Assembly (NCBI GenBank): GCA_002070475.1
Contig: MWDI01000026.1
Location: 2,354-66,353, forward strand
Reading direction: 5' to 3'
Source: Firmicutes bacterium ADurb.Bin146
Lineage (GTDB): Bacteria; Bacillota; Clostridia; DUPQ01
Length of the DNA: 64,000 nucleotides
Position numbers and translations under genes: made by a program. The notes under the pieces are model-generated. The model did not search any database. It had not been told where the DNA came from and saw only the letters and a program-made list of their open reading frames with translations. Positions 48,615 through 57,920 of this stretch are shown here, piece after piece. Within the stretch, counting starts at the first letter, position 1; every line of letters begins with the position of its first letter.

Positions 48615-51572
48615 ATGAACAGACTTCAAAGCCTTTATGATGAGACTGCCGGAAACGGTATAAGCCCTGTCCAGTACATGCCAAAGACACCTTTGACAAG
48701 CAGATTCGTATCTCCATGGGATACATCAGGATGGTATTCGGTTAAATGTAATTTCCAAAAAGGAGCATTACTTTATTCCAACTGTACAGATACAGTTAAA
48801 GATATAGACGAATGCTACGCAGGTGCTGACTACATACAGACATTTAATTCAAAAGCAATCAATCTAATCGATCATCCAGAACTGGACTTCTTTGTTGAAA
48901 CATATGCAGATGTAACAGTTGCAATGGAAGAAAGCTGTAAGCCAGAATGGCTGAAAACCTGGATTAATACAGAAAGAATCATGACTTCCTCAAAAGGCAC
49001 TAAATACTGCTTATATACAAAGGAATTCACAAAAGGCGCGCATGTAAATATACCGGGTTTTGATACTGACCATAACCATTATATAGTCATAATAAAACCG
49101 TTATCAAACAAAGAGAAACTTCACGGGATTGTTAAAATCAATTACCCGAATGCTCAGTTACAGACATATAAGAAGCGTCCATATAAGAGCCATCTTGTAG
49201 AAGTATTCAATAAAAAAAATGACGGCATATTCACAAATGAATATCAGTCATATGGATGCTGCAGCATTCAGACGGATAAAGATGACAAAGAGAATAAATA
49301 CCTTGCACTAGAGACCACAGATAAATGCAATAAGGCATATGTTAAAAAAATCATAGATACGAAACTGGTTTATCCATATATCTTTGAGTGCAAACTTAAT
49401 ATCTCAAAACATTCCGTAGTTAAAGCATTCCTTGTTGACAACAAAGGCAATAACATTGGAGCTCTTTTCAATAATGACGGATATGTCTATAATGCTGAAA
49501 AAGACACAAAGATATGCCCTTTTCAGGAAGATACAGATATTACTTTAAAGTTAAAAGCTGACTCCAAAAAGAAGACATATGAGATATGGATAAATCATAT
49601 CAAACAAGCAGATGCTATACCTTTTAATTTTGATAGTATAAATTATATTCTTTTTTATATAGAAAGCAAAAAAAGCCTTTCCCATGCCTACATAGACAAT
49701 ATATATTTGTATGATGATACTGAAATATATGCAGTTAATGAGAGATTCGAAAAGGATGATTTAAAGAACTGGAGTTCTAACAGCCAGTTAACTATAGAAC
49801 CCTATCCTTTTAATAAGGACAGAAGTTTAGCTTTAACGGGTAAAAAAGAAGCGTCTTATGCAACATATGGATTCAGTCCTATAGATGATACAGTATCTAT
49901 TGAAACAAAGGTAAAAGTAACTGACGAATCCTTCTCTCTATTGCCGCAGCTGGCGGATAAAGACGGAAAAGCCGTATTGAATATCGCTATGTACAAGAAT
50001 AACCTGTATGCCACAGACGGACAGAAGTGGAAGAGGATATATGAAGGACTAACACCATGGATGTATTATCCTTGTAACAACTGGTTTAATATAAAAGTAA
50101 CTGCCGATATAAAAAAATCAACGTATGACCTTTACATAGATGGAGCAAAAAGAGCCCAGGAATTCAATTTCATGAATAAGGTCTCAAATATCGGACAAAT
50201 GGCTTTTTCTTGTGAGAAATCCTCAAAGATATACATAAATCGTATAAGGATTTCTGACTGTGCAGATTTTTCCAGAGGCATGCTTCCTAATGCGAAAATA
50301 TTCGATGTAAAGAAAGCCCCATATAACGCAAAAGGTGATGGTAGGACACTAGATACAGAAAAAATACAAAAAGCTATAGATGATGCAGCATATACAGGAG
50401 GAACCGTATATATCCATGATGGTGTCTTCTTCACTGGCGGACTGATACTAAAATCTGATATGACTTTGTTCATCGACAAATCAGCTACTGTTTTAGGAAC
50501 ACAGGATCACAGTCAGTATAAGCTGGTATCACCAGGCATTTCCCTCTGTGCGATAAGGCAATTAGGAAGAGGGCTTATATATGGCGAGAATGTATCCAAT
50601 GTAAGAATAACAGGCGGAGGCACTTTAGACGGCAATGGCACATACAGATACAAAATGAATGACCCTCTTCAAAACAGAGAAGCTGATGCAAGGCCTGATA
50701 TAGTATATATAACATATTCAAAGGATATAACTATAGAGAATGTGGATATGAAGAGCTCTGCATTCTGGACTGTCGTCCCGCTGTCTTCAGGAAACATAAC
50801 GATAAGAAATCTCAATCTCGACTGTATGAATACCCCAAACCGTGATGGAATTGACCCTGTGGACTGTCATGATATGACTATTTACAACTGTAATATAATG
50901 GCAGGAGACGACGGGCTATGTTTTAAAAGCTCGGACAATGTCGGATGCTATAACATAGATGCTTTTGACCTTATGATACAGAGTCTTGCAAGCGGTATAA
51001 AATTTGGAACTGATACATATTACTGTTTGAAAAATGCCAGGATAAGAGACTGCGCAATTAAGAATGTAAACAGATGCGGTGTATCACTAGAAACAGTAGA
51101 CGGTGCTGCAGTTGAAGATGTCGTATTTGAAAGACTGGATATGACTGATGTAGGAGCTCCTTTGTATATTACAGTCGGTGCAAGAAACAGGCTGCCAAGA
51201 GGTGGTCAACCCATAAGAAGAAGTTATATCAAAAATGTTACTTTTAAAGATATACGTTTTGAACAGCCTTACCCATTTAGTTTTACAAGGGATATTCGCG
51301 AAAATATGGTTATAGGCCAGTCTAAAGACCAGCTTATAGAAAATGTTCATTTCGAAAATTTTGATTTAAAACTGCCAGGCGGAATGAAATCCAAACCAAA
51401 GCCACCGGTTGTAATTAATGACAAGTATCCAGAATACGATCGCCATGGCTTGTCTTCAGGTCATGCGTTTACAATAAAGTATGCAAAGAACATCACCTTT
51501 AAAAATATAAAGGTCACTCTTGAAAAGAAGGATGCAAGAGAAGAGACAGCATATTTTGATTATGAGGACTAG
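48615..51572 (+). CDS. 985-aa protein: ~550-aa N-terminal beta-rich region plus C-terminal GH28-like right-handed beta-helix
   Basis: C-terminal NTPNRDGIDP, AGDDGLCFKS, SGIKFGT motifs match the GH28 NxDG / G(D/H)D / G.xxG pattern; no signal peptide. Confidence 0.65.
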   Translation: MNRLQSLYDETAGNGISPVQYMPKTPLTSRFVSPWDTSGWYSVKCNFQKGALLYSNCTDTVKDIDECYAGADYIQTFNSKAINLIDHPELDFFVETYADVTVAMEESCKPEWLKTWINTERIMTSSKGTKYCLYTKEFTKGAHVNIPGFDTDHNHYIVIIKPLSNKEKLHGIVKINYPNAQLQTYKKRPYKSHLVEVFNKKNDGIFTNEYQSYGCCSIQTDKDDKENKYLALETTDKCNKAYVKKIIDTKLVYPYIFECKLNISKHSVVKAFLVDNKGNNIGALFNNDGYVYNAEKDTKICPFQEDTDITLKLKADSKKKTYEIWINHIKQADAIPFNFDSINYILFYIESKKSLSHAYIDNIYLYDDTEIYAVNERFEKDDLKNWSSNSQLTIEPYPFNKDRSLALTGKKEASYATYGFSPIDDTVSIETKVKVTDESFSLLPQLADKDGKAVLNIAMYKNNLYATDGQKWKRIYEGLTPWMYYPCNNWFNIKVTADIKKSTYDLYIDGAKRAQEFNFMNKVSNIGQMAFSCEKSSKIYINRIRISDCADFSRGMLPNAKIFDVKKAPYNAKGDGRTLDTEKIQKAIDDAAYTGGTVYIHDGVFFTGGLILKSDMTLFIDKSATVLGTQDHSQYKLVSPGISLCAIRQLGRGLIYGENVSNVRITGGGTLDGNGTYRYKMNDPLQNREADARPDIVYITYSKDITIENVDMKSSAFWTVVPLSSGNITIRNLNLDCMNTPNRDGIDPVDCHDMTIYNCNIMAGDDGLCFKSSDNVGCYNIDAFDLMIQSLASGIKFGTDTYYCLKNARIRDCAIKNVNRCGVSLETVDGAAVEDVVFERLDMTDVGAPLYITVGARNRLPRGGQPIRRSYIKNVTFKDIRFEQPYPFSFTRDIRENMVIGQSKDQLIENVHFENFDLKLPGGMKSKPKPPVVINDKYPEYDRHGLSSGHAFTIKYAKNITFKNIKVTLEKKDAREETAYFDYED

Positions 51573-51582
51573 CTAGGATTTA

Positions 51583-51900
51583 TTAAATTATTTCTATACC
51601 AGTTTTTATTATTTCAGAAACTAATCCAGTTTTTTCTTCATAATCTTTCATTGTGAATGGTTGTGGCTGTAAATCGATTTTATACCCTAATGCCTGCATT
51701 AAAAGGAATGTTAATCCATCAACGCGGGACATTTCTTCAAATGCAGGAGAAAATATTGCAATATCGATATCACTATCTTTTTTGAAAGTACCCTTGGAAT
51801 AAGATCCAAACATAATTGCTTTTTCAACAGGAATTTGATTCCTTAACTTATTAATATAGTCACTTGTTATTTCAAGTATATTTTGAGGGATTTTAACCAA
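51583..51900 (-). CDS. Minimal nucleotidyltransferase (MNT-type) protein
   Basis: 105 aa; FGSYSKGTFKKDSDIDIAIF (GS...DxD) motif; no HEPN partner ORF adjacent. Confidence 0.75.
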   Translation of the reverse strand: MVKIPQNILEITSDYINKLRNQIPVEKAIMFGSYSKGTFKKDSDIDIAIFSPAFEEMSRVDGLTFLLMQALGYKIDLQPQPFTMKDYEEKTGLVSEIIKTGIEII

Positions 51901-52069
51901 TAGTATGCCTCCTGCAATGTTATTTAATCAATATATGTTATTATAACATAATTATTATCCTGAAAATGAAATCTAGTTGATTATATTGTAGTCTTATTAC
52001 CATATTATCAAAATATATACTCTGTAATATAAGACTATACAACAACTTAGTATTAACAAACTAGTAAGT

Positions 52070-53482
52070 TTATTTATTCAATAACTCAACCTTAATAACA
52101 TCCAAAGAGGATACATGTAATGTGTCCTCTATATTTATCTTTATACAATCATTCTTAAATGAGTAATTCAAATCCTTACCTGTTCTCATAAGATATACTC
52201 TCTTTAGCTTTTTAACACCTTTTAATTCAACAATTTTCTGTGCATCAGGAAGCATAAAGAGATACCTTATATTATCCCTTGCAGTGGCGTAAACATTTGC
52301 TGATTCACCAGTTAAAAGAGGATAGCTCCCAATCACGCTTTCCTTATGTATGCTCATCCAGTCTGCAAGCTCATCAAGCCCTTTGATTGCAGTTTCAGGA
52401 AATTGCCCGTCTGCCATTGGACCTATATTTAGAAGGTAATTCCCTCCCCAGTTCTTTGTTTTTATAAGCTCTGCAATAATATCCGCAGTAGGTCTGTATA
52501 CCGGGTTGTTTGTATATGCCCAAGCTTGCCTTTTACTCCATATTGTACAGTATTCCCACCAGCCCTTTGGTTTCTGCTCAGCAAACTTCACTTCGCAGTT
52601 CCTGAAATCACCATAACCATGCATCCTTATAGTCACTACCACACCCGGCTGCAGTTTATATATCTCTTCCAAAGGATATGCCTCCCCTTTCATCGCACCT
52701 CCGTCAAACCAAAGAATATCTATCTTTCCGTAATTGGTTAAAAGCTCGTGAAGCTGGTTGCGATGCTGTATGCCATGTATCTTTTTCTGTTTTGCCATAT
52801 CTTCTTCTGATGGCATTTCCCTTTCAATGAAGTTTTCATCAACAAATGGAAGGTCTGGATTCTTTTCCTTTACTTTGTAATGCATAAAGGACATATGGTC
52901 TTTATTAAAATGCCAGTCTGTGGGAGTAAAGTAAAAACCTACTTTAAGGTCGTGTTTTCTGCATGCGTCAGCAAATTCCCTAACTAAATCACGTCCGTTT
53001 AAGAAGTCTTTTGTAGAGAAATCCCCGTATTTGCTTGGCCATAACTTAAAGCCATCACAGTGCATGGTAGTCAGGACTGCATACTGGAATCCAGCTTTCT
53101 TAGCCATTTCCATCCACTTGTCAGCATCATAGTTTTTTGCATTGAATTCTTTAGCCAAAGCAAAATATTTAGCCGGTCTCATCTTGAAATTATCGTCTAT
53201 TACTTCCTGTGCTTCCAGTTTTTCAATTTCTTCTATTGATGTACCTTTAGGATAATACTTCCCTCTTGAGAGCATACCCCATGATACATCCATTCTGCCG
53301 TCAACAGAGGATATGCACCAGTGGAGAAACATTCCTAATCCTGCGTTTTTAAACCACTGGGCATCAGGATGATCTGAACCTAAGTCATCCAGTATTTCAG
53401 GATGTATGAGCTTCAATGAATTATGCTGGCCTTCGACATCCAGTTCCATTTCGGTACCGAACCATTCTTTTTTATTAATCAT
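52070..53482 (-). CDS. Alpha-L-fucosidase, GH29
   Basis: 470 aa; GLGMFLHWCISS, TTMHCDGFKLWPSK, ILWFDG motifs; AGGAGG RBS; no signal peptide. Confidence 0.82.
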   Translation of the reverse strand: MINKKEWFGTEMELDVEGQHNSLKLIHPEILDDLGSDHPDAQWFKNAGLGMFLHWCISSVDGRMDVSWGMLSRGKYYPKGTSIEEIEKLEAQEVIDDNFKMRPAKYFALAKEFNAKNYDADKWMEMAKKAGFQYAVLTTMHCDGFKLWPSKYGDFSTKDFLNGRDLVREFADACRKHDLKVGFYFTPTDWHFNKDHMSFMHYKVKEKNPDLPFVDENFIEREMPSEEDMAKQKKIHGIQHRNQLHELLTNYGKIDILWFDGGAMKGEAYPLEEIYKLQPGVVVTIRMHGYGDFRNCEVKFAEQKPKGWWEYCTIWSKRQAWAYTNNPVYRPTADIIAELIKTKNWGGNYLLNIGPMADGQFPETAIKGLDELADWMSIHKESVIGSYPLLTGESANVYATARDNIRYLFMLPDAQKIVELKGVKKLKRVYLMRTGKDLNYSFKNDCIKINIEDTLHVSSLDVIKVELLNK

Positions 53483-53531
53483 CTGACACCTCCTGATTGA
53501 TTTGTATTATGAATGTACAATATGTACATAC

Positions 53532-54665
53532 TTAAAATCTATTATATTTATGATTCCTGTAATACTCAAAACCTTCCAGCGCCGCTTTTATATTTTCATA
53601 AGGTACTCCTGGTGTGCATGAACTGGAAAAGGAAAGGAATAATCCGGTCTTCGGCCCATTCTCCACCAAAAACTTAATCTGCTTGGCAACATCCGTAGAT
53701 GTGCCTAATGGCAGTTCCCTTGTTACTGAAACTCCTGCTTGTATAACCATGCTTTTATTGTCTTTCGCACGTAATCTGCATATCTTCACATAATCCATTC
53801 CGTCTTCGTACTGGAACCCCTGGAATCCGTTTACTCCCGCTTCCAAAAGATATGGAATTATTTCCATAAGATTTCCGTCACAGTGCCATAATAGGGTGAA
53901 ATCAGCTTTAACCGCCGGTGATATGGATTCTACGAATGCCGGATACCAGGCACGCTTTAAAGTATGCCAGTCCACTAAAAGACCTCTTGAGCTTGCCATA
54001 TCGTGATCTAGTCTGTGATATTTCGGCAGTCCTGCTTTTATAAACGCATCCACTACCGCCTGATTATTCTTTTTGGCATAAACTCCTTGAAGAGTGAAAT
54101 ATTTATCTATAACTTCAGGATACAAGGCATAAGCCATGAAATAGTTCTCATAACCATATGCGGCATATGACAGTATCGGGAATATTATATTTCCATAACC
54201 TGTCTTTAATATATCATCACCTAACAGCTGTTGCGTCCTGGATTCTGTATTTATTACTGCCTGGGCGCAGGATTGGGCATTAAAATCCTTAATGGATTTT
54301 TCAAGCATAGGAATTTTAAATCTCTCTATATGTTCAATAACGGCTTCAGGAGAGTCAATTACCATTCCATCCAGAATTATGCCTGAATCATTTGATATAT
54401 TCTCATGTCCTTTATTGCCTATACGAAGAGGATTCTCTGCAAGATACTGGTCTACCATGCATACGCCTGCATTTTGCAGCATCTTCACATATATGCCGTG
54501 AGGGTCTTTTTTATAATCGCCAGGTGACGCTTTCGCAATACGCTCAATAATGGAATGCTCCATTATATGCAGAAGCCCGGTAGGTATACCGGACGTTTCT
54601 CTTCTGTTTATACAGTCATATGCCATTTTAGCATTGTTACCGAAATTTCTCATATACCCGCCCAT
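53532..54665 (-). CDS. Uroporphyrinogen-decarboxylase-family (URO-D fold) protein, paralogue D
   Basis: 377 aa; LLWHCDGNLMEIIPYL (His-Cys motif), C-terminal SSSCTPGVPYENI; start 54665 or 54653. Confidence 0.55.
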   Translation of the reverse strand: MGGYMRNFGNNAKMAYDCINRRETSGIPTGLLHIMEHSIIERIAKASPGDYKKDPHGIYVKMLQNAGVCMVDQYLAENPLRIGNKGHENISNDSGIILDGMVIDSPEAVIEHIERFKIPMLEKSIKDFNAQSCAQAVINTESRTQQLLGDDILKTGYGNIIFPILSYAAYGYENYFMAYALYPEVIDKYFTLQGVYAKKNNQAVVDAFIKAGLPKYHRLDHDMASSRGLLVDWHTLKRAWYPAFVESISPAVKADFTLLWHCDGNLMEIIPYLLEAGVNGFQGFQYEDGMDYVKICRLRAKDNKSMVIQAGVSVTRELPLGTSTDVAKQIKFLVENGPKTGLFLSFSSSCTPGVPYENIKAALEGFEYYRNHKYNRF

Positions 54666-55054
54666 GAAATACTCTCTTAGAATTAATACTATGCGTGCTA
54701 TGAGTGACAGTCAAGAAGTTAATATATATATTTACAATAAAGTATCAATGATCTGTTGTATTAATATCATAACATTACTTTCATAAATACAGCACAGTAT
54801 CTTTCATGTCTCGTTAATAAATTCCATAGGATTAACTCAATTTCGGCAGATATATGGTCATATTAGGTTTATTGCCGATTTTGCATGGAGTCAATACAAA
54901 TAATACAATGATCATGTGATTTCAAATATAAATCCTTTTCATTATTCTATGATAAACACATCAACCTCTTATAGGATTCCTATGCCAGTTATAATTTGCT
55001 TGAAATTTTAATTATCCTATTCATAATTTCTTTTACTTAGGTTATCAGCTCGTG

Positions 55055-55063
55055 TGTTACAAT
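55055..55063 (+). promoter_or_regulatory. Extended -10 promoter candidate (TGtTACAAT) for the GH29 gene
   Basis: TGTTACAAT at 55055..55063, 29 nt upstream of ATG 55092; poor -35. Confidence 0.3.
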
Positions 55064-55091
55064 TTATGTATCAATTTAAGGAGAATCCGCA

Positions 55092-56384
55092 ATGACCAGA
55101 TTAGATGAGATAATGAAAAGAACAGAACAATTCAGATATGACAGATTCGGTATGTTCATACACTGGGGAATATATTCCATTCCTGCAAGAGGAGAATGGG
55201 TAAGAAGCAGGGAGAATATAACCATAGAGGATTATCAGAAGTATTTTGATGAGTTTAATCCTACTGAGTATGATCCCAAACAGTGGGCTATAATAGCAAA
55301 ACAAGCTGGTATGAAATATGCGGTAATGACTGCCAAACACCATGACGGATTCTGTATGTTTGACAGCAAGCTTACTGACTACAAATCCACTGATACCCCT
55401 ATTAAAAAGGATCTCATCCGTGAATATGCCGATGCTTTCAGGGCTGAGGGATTAAAGGTTGGTTTCTATTATTCCCTTCTTGACTGGCATCACCCTGATT
55501 ATCCTAAATATGGTGACAGATGCCACCCGATGAGAGAAAAGGAAGAGTTTGAAGACGAAAAGATTAACTTTGATAATTATGTTGAATACATGCACGGACA
55601 GGTAAAGGAACTTTTAACCAACTATGGAAAGATAGATATTATATGGTTCGACTTCTCTTATGAAGAAATGACAGGTGAGAAATGGCAGGCAGAAAAACTT
55701 GTTAAGATGGTAAGGGAGCTTCAGCCTGGAATAATAATCGATAACAGGCTTGACGGGAAGAATTCTCTTGTAGAAGGAAACCCCACAATTTACAGCGGTG
55801 ATTTTGCATCTCCTGAACAGTTTATACCTGCCCAAGGGGTAACTGACAAACTGGGTAATCCTTTACCATGGGAAGCATGCGTGACAATGAATGACCACTG
55901 GGGATATGCTTCACAGGATAACAACTTCAAGGATTCAAAACAGATAGTCAGAAAACTGGTTGAATGCGTATCTAAAGGCGGAAATCTTCTAATGAATGTC
56001 GGTCCTGACGCAAAAGGTAGAATCCCGAAGCCTTCAGTTGATATCCTTAACGAAGTCGGCAACTGGATGCATGATAACCATAGATCCATATATGGCTGCT
56101 CTATAGCAGAACTTACAAAACCTGAATGGGGATATTATACCCAGAACGGAAATAAACTTTATCTTCACCTTTTCGAAAATCCGATGGGACCTCTTGCTGT
56201 ACAGCTGCCAAGAAAGATAAAATCAGTACGCTTCATAGCAGACGGTTCTGAAAGAGTATCAAGAAGGCCATGGTTTGCAGGAAACATAGGCGAAGGTCAC
56301 CTGTTCCTGGAAGTCGGAAGACTAGATGTATGGCCGAACAATCCTATTGATACAGTATTTGAGGTTGAGCTGGAAGAGAAATAA
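55092..56384 (+). CDS. Alpha-L-fucosidase, GH29
   Basis: 430 aa; FGMFIHWGIYS, TAKHHDGFCMFDS, IIWFDFS motifs; AAGGAG RBS; no signal peptide. Confidence 0.85.
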   Translation: MTRLDEIMKRTEQFRYDRFGMFIHWGIYSIPARGEWVRSRENITIEDYQKYFDEFNPTEYDPKQWAIIAKQAGMKYAVMTAKHHDGFCMFDSKLTDYKSTDTPIKKDLIREYADAFRAEGLKVGFYYSLLDWHHPDYPKYGDRCHPMREKEEFEDEKINFDNYVEYMHGQVKELLTNYGKIDIIWFDFSYEEMTGEKWQAEKLVKMVRELQPGIIIDNRLDGKNSLVEGNPTIYSGDFASPEQFIPAQGVTDKLGNPLPWEACVTMNDHWGYASQDNNFKDSKQIVRKLVECVSKGGNLLMNVGPDAKGRIPKPSVDILNEVGNWMHDNHRSIYGCSIAELTKPEWGYYTQNGNKLYLHLFENPMGPLAVQLPRKIKSVRFIADGSERVSRRPWFAGNIGEGHLFLEVGRLDVWPNNPIDTVFEVELEEK

Positions 56385-56390
56385 TTTTAC

Positions 56391-56419
56391 TTGATTTTCG
56401 CCAGTTAAAGCATTATAAT
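56391..56419 (+). promoter_or_regulatory. Sigma-A-type promoter of the first abiE locus
   Basis: TTGATT (56391..56396) - 17 nt - TATAAT (56414..56419), 20 nt upstream of ATG 56439. Confidence 0.55.
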
Positions 56420-56437
56420 TGCCTTAGGTGGCGAAAA
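56395..56437. promoter_or_regulatory. Perfect 9-bp inverted repeat bracketing the -10 box (candidate AbiEi operator)
   Basis: TTTTCGCCA (56395..56403) / TGGCGAAAA (56429..56437); left arm overlaps the -35, right arm overlaps the RBS. Confidence 0.5.
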
Positions 56438-56438
56438 T

Positions 56439-57026
56439 ATGATAAAAACTACTGCAATGCTGTTGGAAGATTTAAATGATTATGTTAATCCGACAGCAAA
56501 AATACGAAGAATGGTGAGTAATAACGAGCTTACTCCTGTAGTAAGGGGTATTTACGAGACTGATAGGAATATACCAGGATATTATCTTGCTCCGATTATT
56601 TATGGTCCATCATACCTATCTTTCGAATTTGCACTTTCATATCATTCGCTTATACCTGAAACAGTATATATATATACATCAGCAACATTCGAAAAAAAGA
56701 AATTAAAAAAATACGAGACACCATATGGAACTTTTACTTATCGGGATGTACCAAGTAAAGCATATCCATTAGGCATTATACTGATTCAGGAAAGAGACTA
56801 TTCTTATCAGATTGCCTCTGCGGAAAAAGCTATCTGTGACCAGCTTTACATTTTATCGCCCTTAAACAACAGAAAGGAACTGGAAAATTTATTGTTTGAG
56901 GATTTGAGGATTGATGCTGATGAATTTTTCAAAATGAATCTTCCTAATCTTTTGGAAATATCCGGATACTATCAGACACAGAATCTGAAGCTACTGCAAT
57001 CATATATCAGAAGGAGAATGAAATAA
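56439..57026 (+). CDS. AbiEi-family type IV toxin-antitoxin antitoxin / transcriptional regulator
   Basis: 195 aa; ...ELTPVVRGIYE..., GPSYLSFEFALSYHSLIPE typical AbiEi features; TAATG overlap with the downstream AbiEii remnant. Confidence 0.7.
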   Translation: MIKTTAMLLEDLNDYVNPTAKIRRMVSNNELTPVVRGIYETDRNIPGYYLAPIIYGPSYLSFEFALSYHSLIPETVYIYTSATFEKKKLKKYETPYGTFTYRDVPSKAYPLGIILIQERDYSYQIASAEKAICDQLYILSPLNNRKELENLLFEDLRIDADEFFKMNLPNLLEISGYYQTQNLKLLQSYIRRRMK

Positions 57027-57897
57027 TGAATAGCATTATCAATCAGATGCTGAACCAGTACAGCACACAAACTCCATATGAGAAACTAAACAGCATAAAA
57101 CAGGTAATACAGGAAATTACTCTATGCGGATTAAGCAGAGCTGGTTTTTTCAAAAATGCTGTATTCTATGGGGGAACAGCTCTTCGTAAATTTATAGACT
57201 TGACAGGTTTTCTGAAGATTTGGATTTTTCTTTGAAAAAAAACGATTCATCATTCGAGTTTACTGAATATCTGCCTATACTGGAAAAAGAAATACGCTCA
57301 TATGGTCTTAATTTTGATGCTACAATAAAACAGAAGTCTGCTGATAAAAATTTCTTATCAGCATTTTTAAAGGGAAATACAAAAGAATATATACTGATGT
57401 TTTACTCTGATGAATTGCTGGCACGCACAATTAGTTCAAATGAGCTTATTAAGATAAAAGTCGAAGTTGATACAAATCCTCCAGATTATGCAAGCTACGA
57501 AACTAAATATCAGTTACTTCCTATACCATATGAAATTTCGTTATATGATCAGCCTTAACTATTTGCAGGGAAGATACATGCTATCATATGCAGATCATGG
57601 AAAAATCGTATTAAAGGCAGAGACCTTTATGATTATATTTTTTATCTGTCTAGAAAAACTCCGGTAAACCTAAAACACCTTGCGGCAAGACTTATTCAAA
57701 CAGGACATATTGCGAACAATGAGGATATAACTATTGATGACATCAAGAAGATGCTATATGAAAGATTTAACAACATTGATTACTCACAGGCAAAACAGGA
57801 TGTGTTGCCGTTTATAAAGAATGTGGCTTCACTGGATATTTGGAAAGCGGATTTCTTCTGTAAAATAACTGAACAGCTAAGTGATAAGAAATATTAA
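57026..57897 (+). pseudogene. AbiEii/AbiGii-family nucleotidyltransferase toxin, inactivated (one frameshift plus one in-frame stop)
   Basis: Frame 1 reads ...FYGGTALRKFIDL; the conserved RFSEDLDFSL continues in another frame from ~57203. In-frame TAA at 57556..57558 (QP*LFAGKIHAIICR), then open to 57897. Confidence 0.8.
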
Positions 57898-57920
57898 TCA
57901 TATAAATAAAAGGGGATTTT

